Assembly (NCBI GenBank): GCA_040752415.1
Contig: JBFMGU010000241.1
Coordinates: 1 to 16,347 of the forward strand
Origin: Myxococcota bacterium
GTDB taxonomy: Bacteria; Myxococcota; JACRCW01
Direction of reading: 5' to 3'
DNA: 16,347 nt
The notes under the pieces are model-generated. The model was not told the origin of the DNA, made no database searches, and was given only the letters and a program-made list of their open reading frames with translations. Positions 10,723 through 16,347 of this stretch are shown here, in pieces. The number at the start of each line of letters is the position of its first letter. The first letter of the stretch is position 1. The translations under genes were made by a program, and so were the position numbers.

Positions 10723-11142
10723 ATGCTGATCCATCCGGCGCTGGTGCATTTCCCCATTGCGTTGTGTTTTGCCGCGTTGGCCCTGGAGATCCTGGGGCAG
10801 GCGCTGGGGCGCAAGGAGTGGGTGTCGGCGGGATTGCCGCTGATTGCCATGACCGCGCTGGGCGCGTTGGCGGCGGTGGCCAGTGGTCTGCTCACGCCGC
10901 AGGAGCACAAGGACGTGGCGCCCATTGCGTTGGAAACGCACGAGCTGGCGGCGTTCTCCGGGACGGGGCTGATCCTGCTCACCACGGTGCTGCGGGTGGT
11001 GTTTCGCAACGACTACACGGGACGGAGGCCGGGCGTGGTGCTGATGACGCTGGCGCTCAGCGCGCTGTGCTTCTCCGGCGCGGGATTCATGGGCGGTCAG
11101 CTGGTCTTTGACTACGGCGCGGGCGTGAAGATGCCTCGGTGA
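10723..11142 (+). CDS. DUF2231-like membrane protein (about 4 TM, conserved His)
   Basis: N-terminal HPALVHFPIAL, central H in LETHE, C-terminal GFMGGQLVFDYGAGV; SD GGGAGG. Confidence 0.85.
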   Translation: MLIHPALVHFPIALCFAALALEILGQALGRKEWVSAGLPLIAMTALGALAAVASGLLTPQEHKDVAPIALETHELAAFSGTGLILLTTVLRVVFRNDYTGRRPGVVLMTLALSALCFSGAGFMGGQLVFDYGAGVKMPR

Positions 11143-11419
11143 GGACGGGGCCGCCCTTCTCACCCTTCAGGCGGTAGCACGGGTAGACGTCCTTGATGTG
11201 CGCGTTGAGGTAGCGGCCCATCGACTCGGCGTGCATGAGCTCGTGGTGCACCCGTCGGGGAACGCCCACGTAGAAGTAGACACCGCCGCCGTTGAACACG
11301 ACCTCCAGGACCTTGGTCTGACGGTTGTAGCCCACGGCGTGGACCATGCTGGATTGGACGGGCCTGAGCACCGGGATTCCCTCCGGTCCTGGGATAACCG
11401 CGCGTTCCCGCACCAGCAT
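11087..11419 (-). CDS. KTSC domain-containing protein
   Basis: PVQSSMVHAVGYNRQTKVLEVVFNGGGVYFYVGVP...ELMHAESMGRYLNAHIKDVY matches the KTSC pattern; exact start uncertain. Confidence 0.88.
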   Translation of the reverse strand: MLVRERAVIPGPEGIPVLRPVQSSMVHAVGYNRQTKVLEVVFNGGGVYFYVGVPRRVHHELMHAESMGRYLNAHIKDVYPCYRLKGEKGGPVLTEASSRPRRSQRPADRP

Positions 11420-11912
11420 CCACGCCCGTTGCGGCCACCGCCGTGGCTACGGTCCGGGCAACAGCTCCACGACGACACGATCACCCCACCAAGGTGCGCG
11501 CGTGCCCACCCTGCCTGGAGCCAGTGCGCAGCGTGGTGCCTCAGTCCCTCCTCCTCCGCCCGAGCACCAGCCAACGGGTTCCTGCTCATGGCCTGCCCTG
11601 CAGGACGCGCGTGATGGACAAGCTCGTCGGGCGCCGCGAGGCGGGCAGCAATCGCCACGTTGGCAGCATCCAGCGCCACCGGACGCACCGTGAAGCCCGA
11701 CGGAAGGCGCACGTCCCACGGTTGACAACGTGGTAGCGCAACGCCAGCCGCGAGGGCGGCCCGCGGTGTGACGCCGCCCGCCACGGCGTGTCACGACGGA
11801 GTGGTGCCGTCCGCCAAGGTCAAGGTCGCGTTGTGCCGACGGGCGCGGCGCCACCAACGCGCGGCGACATTTCCCTCGCAATGCACCGTGAACCGGCCCT
11901 AGGATTGGCCGC

Positions 11913-12896
11913 ATGTCGCCGGAGTTCACCCACGGGCCCGTCCTCAGCGTCGTCATTCCCGTGTTCAATGAGGAGGACAACATCCAGCCGCTGGTGCAGG
12001 AACTGGACGCCGTGGTGCCCACGCTGCCCTGCTCCACGGAAGTGATCATCGTCGACGACGGGAGCCGCGACCAGAGCTGGACGCGCATCAGCCAGGAGGC
12101 GGCGGGCCGTTCATGGCTGAGGGCGCTGCGCTTCCGGGGCAACCAGGGACAGACGGCGGCCATGGCCGCGGGCATTGCCGCCGCGCGCGGGGAGCTGGTG
12201 GGCTTCCTGGACGCGGACCTGCAGAACGACCCGCGCGACCTGACCACCATGCTGCACCCGCTGCTCAAGGGAGAAGCGGACGTGGTGTGCGGCTGGCGTG
12301 TGCGACGCCACGACGGCAGCGCGCGGGTCCTGGTGTCACGCGTGGCCAACTTCATCCTCACCCGCCTGCTGGACCTGCGGCTCCATGACCTGGGGTGCAC
12401 GCTCAAGATCTTCCGTCGCGCCTTTGTGGAGGACACCCAACTCTACGGGGAGATGCACCGCTTCATTGCCGCGTACGCCAAGGCCCAGGGCGCGCGGATC
12501 CTGGAGGTGCCGGTGAACCACCGTCCCCGGGAGCGCGGGGTCAGCAAGTACGGCTTCAACCGCGTCTACAAGGTGCTCATTGACCTGCTGACGGTGACGC
12601 TGCTGAACACCTACGGCGCGAAGCCGGCATACCTGTTCGGCAAGATTGGGCTTGCGTTCTTCATCCTGGGTTGGGTCCTCTTCGCGCAGGTGGCCTACCG
12701 TGCGCTGGTGCTGGACCGTGTGCAGAGCACGCCCATGATCTTCATCATGATGCTGTTCTTCATCACGTCGGTGATCTGCTTCATGAGCGGACTCCTGGCG
12801 GAGCTGAACATCCGGATCCTGCACAAGGTGGGCGGCCTGCTGCCCTACAAGATCGTGGACCGCGTGGGGGAGCACGGCCCGGGTGAGCAGCGGTGA
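11913..12896 (+). CDS. Glycosyltransferase family 2, polyprenol-phosphate sugar transferase type (ArnC/GtrB/DPM-like)
   Basis: LSVVIPVFNEEDNI, IIVDDGSRD, NQGQTAAM, DADLQNDP, HDLGCTLK, GEMHRFI, SKYG, plus two C-terminal TM helices. Confidence 0.93.
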   Translation: MSPEFTHGPVLSVVIPVFNEEDNIQPLVQELDAVVPTLPCSTEVIIVDDGSRDQSWTRISQEAAGRSWLRALRFRGNQGQTAAMAAGIAAARGELVGFLDADLQNDPRDLTTMLHPLLKGEADVVCGWRVRRHDGSARVLVSRVANFILTRLLDLRLHDLGCTLKIFRRAFVEDTQLYGEMHRFIAAYAKAQGARILEVPVNHRPRERGVSKYGFNRVYKVLIDLLTVTLLNTYGAKPAYLFGKIGLAFFILGWVLFAQVAYRALVLDRVQSTPMIFIMMLFFITSVICFMSGLLAELNIRILHKVGGLLPYKIVDRVGEHGPGEQR

Positions 12897-12902
12897 CGCC
12901 CC

Positions 12903-14834
12903 ATGTGCGGCATCTACGGTGTCCTGCACGCGGGTGGTGACGAGGCGGCGGTTCTCGTGGAGATGGACCAGCTGCTGGCCCACCGCGGACCGGATGGCGC
13001 GGGCCTCACCAGGGTGCGGAGCGGCGCGCTGGGACACCGGAGACTGAGCATCCGCGACCTTTCACCCAACGGCGCGCAGCCCATGTGGGATGCCAGTGGG
13101 CGCGCGTGCGTGGTCTACAACGGCGAGATCTACAACCACCGCGAGCTGCGCGCGGAGTGCGAACGCGCGGGCCTGACCTTCCGGTCCACGTCGGACACCG
13201 AGGTCATCCTCAGCCAGTACGTGCTGCACGGAGAAGCGGCCTTCAGCAGGTTGAACGGCATCTTTGCGTTCTGCCTTTGGGACGCCGACACGGGCGTGGC
13301 CTACCTGGTGCGGGACCCGCTGGGCGTCAAGCCGCTGTACTACGCTCCGACGTCACGGGGCCTGTACTTCGCCTCGGAGCTCAAGGCGCTGACGCACTCC
13401 GGCGCGGTGGCGCCCCAGGTGGATCACGCCGCGCTGCGCACCTATCTCCAACTCGACTACGTGCCTTCCCCGCTGTGCCTGGTGCGCGGCGTCTCCAAGC
13501 TGCGCGCGGGCCACCTGCTGGCGGTGCACCCCGACGGACGGCAGGAGATGCGCTGCTTCTCCACGCTGGAGGATGCTGCGCGGCTCCCAACGGAAGACCC
13601 GCAGGGGGCCTTTGCCGACGTCATCCGCTCCGCGGTGGAGCGACAGCTGGTGGCGGATGTGCCGGTGGGGGTGTTCCTCAGTGGGGGTCTGGACTCGTCG
13701 ATCATTGCCCAGACCGCCACCGAGGTGCTGGGGCAGCCGGTGGAGTCCTTCTCCATCAGCTTCGAGGATCCCTCGTTTGACGAGTCCGAGCATTTCCAGT
13801 GCGTGGCCAAGGCCATCGGAAGCCGCCAGCACACGCGCGTGGTCCGCGCCGCCGACCTGCTGGAGCTCTTGCCCAGGCTGCCGCGGCTGGTGTGCGAGCC
13901 GGTGGCGGATGGCTCCATCTTCCCCACGTACCTGTTGTGCCGGTTCGCAGCGGAGCACGTGAAGGTGGTGTTGTCCGGCGACGGCGCCGACGAGCTCTTT
14001 GCCGGCTACCCCACCCACGTTGCGGGGATGCTGGCCGAGCCGCTGAGGGCGCTACCCAGGACGTTGACCCGCCTCCTGGCCCGCGCCGCGCATGCAGGCA
14101 TCCCGGTGAGCCTGGACAACCTGTCCCGCGACTACCGCCTCAAGAAGTTCCTGACCGGCCTGGCCCGCGACCCGTTGGTCCGCAACGCGCGCTGGCTGGG
14201 GACGTTCATGCCGGAGCAGGTTGATACGCTGCTGGTGGAGCCGACCCGCGACACTTTTCCGCTGGAGCGCCTGCTTCACGACGAGGTCCGCGTGCCCGCG
14301 CAGGTCTCCTTGCTGGAGCGACTGTTGCGCATGGACCAGCGCTTCTATCTGCAGGACCAGGTGCTGGTGAAGGTTGACCGCGCCAGCATGGCCAACAGCC
14401 TGGAAGTGCGCGTCCCCTTCCTGGATCACGAAGTGGTGCGCTTCTCGCGCGCGCTACCGGCGCGTTTCAAGCTCCGCGGTCTTGAGTCCAAGCACCTGCT
14501 GCGTCGTCACGCGGCGGCCCGGCTCCCGCCCAGCATTGCGGCTCGAGGGAAGAAGGGCTTCGGCACCCCGCTGGCGCGCTGGTTCCAGCGGGAGCTGCGC
14601 GAGGTGCTCCACGACACGCTGTCTCCCCGCGTCCTGGCCCGTCACGGCCTCCTCCGACCGGGCCCGGTGCAGGCGCTGCTGGACGCGCACCAGGCAGGGC
14701 GTCGGGACCACCGCAAGGAGTTGTTCAACCTCCTGACATTGACGCTGTGGCTGGAGGACATGCGCAACGTTGCTCGCCCCGCGCCCCGCGCACCCGTCGA
14801 GGTGGTGGGGGCCGGCGGGTCCCGTTGGGGATGA
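12903..14834 (+). CDS. asnB: Asparagine synthase (glutamine-hydrolysing) family amidotransferase
   Basis: MCGI with N-terminal nucleophile Cys, HRGPD, GHRRLSI, YNGEIYN, SGGLDSS, SGDGADELFAGY, KVDRASMANSLEVRVPFLD. Confidence 0.95.
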   Translation: MCGIYGVLHAGGDEAAVLVEMDQLLAHRGPDGAGLTRVRSGALGHRRLSIRDLSPNGAQPMWDASGRACVVYNGEIYNHRELRAECERAGLTFRSTSDTEVILSQYVLHGEAAFSRLNGIFAFCLWDADTGVAYLVRDPLGVKPLYYAPTSRGLYFASELKALTHSGAVAPQVDHAALRTYLQLDYVPSPLCLVRGVSKLRAGHLLAVHPDGRQEMRCFSTLEDAARLPTEDPQGAFADVIRSAVERQLVADVPVGVFLSGGLDSSIIAQTATEVLGQPVESFSISFEDPSFDESEHFQCVAKAIGSRQHTRVVRAADLLELLPRLPRLVCEPVADGSIFPTYLLCRFAAEHVKVVLSGDGADELFAGYPTHVAGMLAEPLRALPRTLTRLLARAAHAGIPVSLDNLSRDYRLKKFLTGLARDPLVRNARWLGTFMPEQVDTLLVEPTRDTFPLERLLHDEVRVPAQVSLLERLLRMDQRFYLQDQVLVKVDRASMANSLEVRVPFLDHEVVRFSRALPARFKLRGLESKHLLRRHAAARLPPSIAARGKKGFGTPLARWFQRELREVLHDTLSPRVLARHGLLRPGPVQALLDAHQAGRRDHRKELFNLLTLTLWLEDMRNVARPAPRAPVEVVGAGGSRWG

Positions 14835-16347
14835 GCGGCGTGGCGCGGCGTGGCGAAGAGGTCCTTTGGTGGGTGCTGATCGGCGCGGCCATGACGTGGT
14901 TCGCCTGGCAGGCGGGCACGCTGGAGGTGCAGGACTACGACGGGTACCAGTATCTCAACAGCGCCAAGGCGCTCGTGGGGTTGCGCGCCACCTACGACGT
15001 CACGCGGCCGCCGGTGTTCCCGTGGCTGCTGACCCCCGTCACGGCGCTTCACGCCCTGACTGGCAACGCGTTCTGGCTGGTGCGCGCGCCCTACGTGGTG
15101 ATGCTGCTCCTCAACGCGCTGGCGGTGACACTGGTGGCGTGGGCATGGCGTGGGTTCCTCTCCCGCGCGGCAACCCTGTTTTCCGTCGTGTTGCTCCTGC
15201 TCAACGGCGTGGTCTTCCACTTCTTCCCCTTTGTCATGGTGGACATCCTGGGCATGGGCATGCTGGCGGTGGCGGCGTCGTTGACCGGCCGGGCTGCGCG
15301 CCAGGCGGGCATGCGGGTCACGCTCCTCGCGGGGCTGGCGTTCGCTCTCGCATTGTCGACGAAGCACCTGTACGCCTCGGTGGTCCTTGCGCCACCACTC
15401 ATCATGGGTGCGCGCGCGTGGTGGGGGGAGCAGCCCCGACCTCCGTGGAGCGCGTTGCTGGCCGCGTTGGCCCGGATGGGTTCCATTGTGGTGTTGGGTT
15501 TCGTGCTCCTGCACGTGCTGTTGGTCCCGGGCGCCATTGACGACGGGGACGTCTCCTTCCTGGAACGCATGCGGAACGTGGTTGCATCCGGTGCCGCCAT
15601 CAGCGGCGCAGCCAGGCCGGATCCCTGGGCAAGCGCAACGCGGTGGGTGGGCGGCCTCCTCGAGGCGTTGCCCCTTCCGTTGCTGCTGGCCGGTGCGGCG
15701 GGACTGGTGTTGGCCATCCGGCAGCGTCATGAGGCCGCATGGGCCCTGGCCGTGACCGCCGCCTCCCACGTTGCCGTGTGCGGCCTGCTGCTTCCCCACT
15801 TCGAGCAACGGTACCTGCTGCCCATCCTCCCGGCGCTGTACGGCGGCGTGGCGGCCCTGTACGAGCACGCGCGACGTCACCGAGGTGGCGCCGCGGTCGT
15901 TGGCGCGCTGGCGCTCCTGGCGGGGGTCCCGCGCCTCGTCGAGGAAATGCATGAGCTGGAGCACCCGATGTACCGCAGCGTGGTGGCGCAGGACATGGCC
16001 GCGAACCTCCGCCGCATCGGCAATCCCGACGGGAACCTCTTCTGGGTGGGCCGCTGGGTGACGCCCCGGGGACCGGGTTGGGAGGAGCACCGTCGGGAGT
16101 ACAGCGTGGTGCCGTTCAACGCCAATGCGGTCAGCTACCACGCCAACCTGCCCGGCTGGACGCTGTTCCCCATCACGCCGCCCCAGTCGCCGCCACCCGA
16201 CCCGCAGCCAGGTGACGCGTTGATCACCAACTGCAGCGGGAGCCAGCCGCCGTTCCTCGCCACGCACGTGGTGGGACGGGTGCTCCGGCTCCAGCCCGTG
16301 GGGCGCACGGGGAACGAGGTGACAATGGAGGATCCCGCGGCGGGCAC
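14831..16347 (+). CDS. 3'-truncated polytopic membrane glycosyltransferase, GT-C fold (ArnT/PMT-like)
   Basis: ATG at 14831 overlaps the asnB stop (ATGA) and the frame is open to the window end. MSGVARRGEEVLWWVLIGAAMTWFAWQAGTLEVQDYDGYQYLNSAKALVG...TRPPVFPWLL...MVDILG...LSTKHLY...FEQRYLLPILPAL; about 10 or more hydrophobic segments, then a hydrophilic C-terminal domain. Confidence 0.85.
   Translation, partial: MSGVARRGEEVLWWVLIGAAMTWFAWQAGTLEVQDYDGYQYLNSAKALVGLRATYDVTRPPVFPWLLTPVTALHALTGNAFWLVRAPYVVMLLLNALAVTLVAWAWRGFLSRAATLFSVVLLLLNGVVFHFFPFVMVDILGMGMLAVAASLTGRAARQAGMRVTLLAGLAFALALSTKHLYASVVLAPPLIMGARAWWGEQPRPPWSALLAALARMGSIVVLGFVLLHVLLVPGAIDDGDVSFLERMRNVVASGAAISGAARPDPWASATRWVGGLLEALPLPLLLAGAAGLVLAIRQRHEAAWALAVTAASHVAVCGLLLPHFEQRYLLPILPALYGGVAALYEHARRHRGGAAVVGALALLAGVPRLVEEMHELEHPMYRSVVAQDMAANLRRIGNPDGNLFWVGRWVTPRGPGWEEHRREYSVVPFNANAVSYHANLPGWTLFPITPPQSPPPDPQPGDALITNCSGSQPPFLATHVVGRVLRLQPVGRTGNEVTMEDPAAG

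Noticed and set aside
11729..11740. CGTGGTAGCGCA resembling the ops/JUMPstart element upstream of a glycan operon
   Set aside because: Several mismatches to GGCGGTAGnnTG, no JUMPstart context and no NusG paralogue in view.
14642..16267. 541-aa minus-strand ORF
   Set aside because: Antisense shadow of the plus-strand GT-C gene starting at 14831.

Overview
High-GC window, most consistent with a myxobacterium-like (Myxococcota/deltaproteobacterial) genome; this assignment is inferred from gene organisation and protein style. The minus strand carries the F1/peripheral-stalk half of a split F-type ATP synthase operon (b'-b-atpH-atpA-atpG-atpD-[orf]-atpC, no atpB/atpE). It is followed by a TPR/Pro-rich protein and a stand-alone RlmK/RlmI-family rRNA methyltransferase. 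The most notable feature is an unexplained ~101-aa coiled-coil, His-tailed gene that overlaps both atpD and atpC, a candidate accessory or regulatory ATP synthase factor. The gamma subunit also carries a duplicated loop insertion. The right part has a Kelch-repeat putative lipoprotein, a DUF2231-like membrane protein, a KTSC-domain protein, and the start of a surface-glycosylation operon: polyprenol-phosphate GT2, AsnB-like amidotransferase, and a GT-C-fold transferase that runs off the window and is absent from the ORF track.
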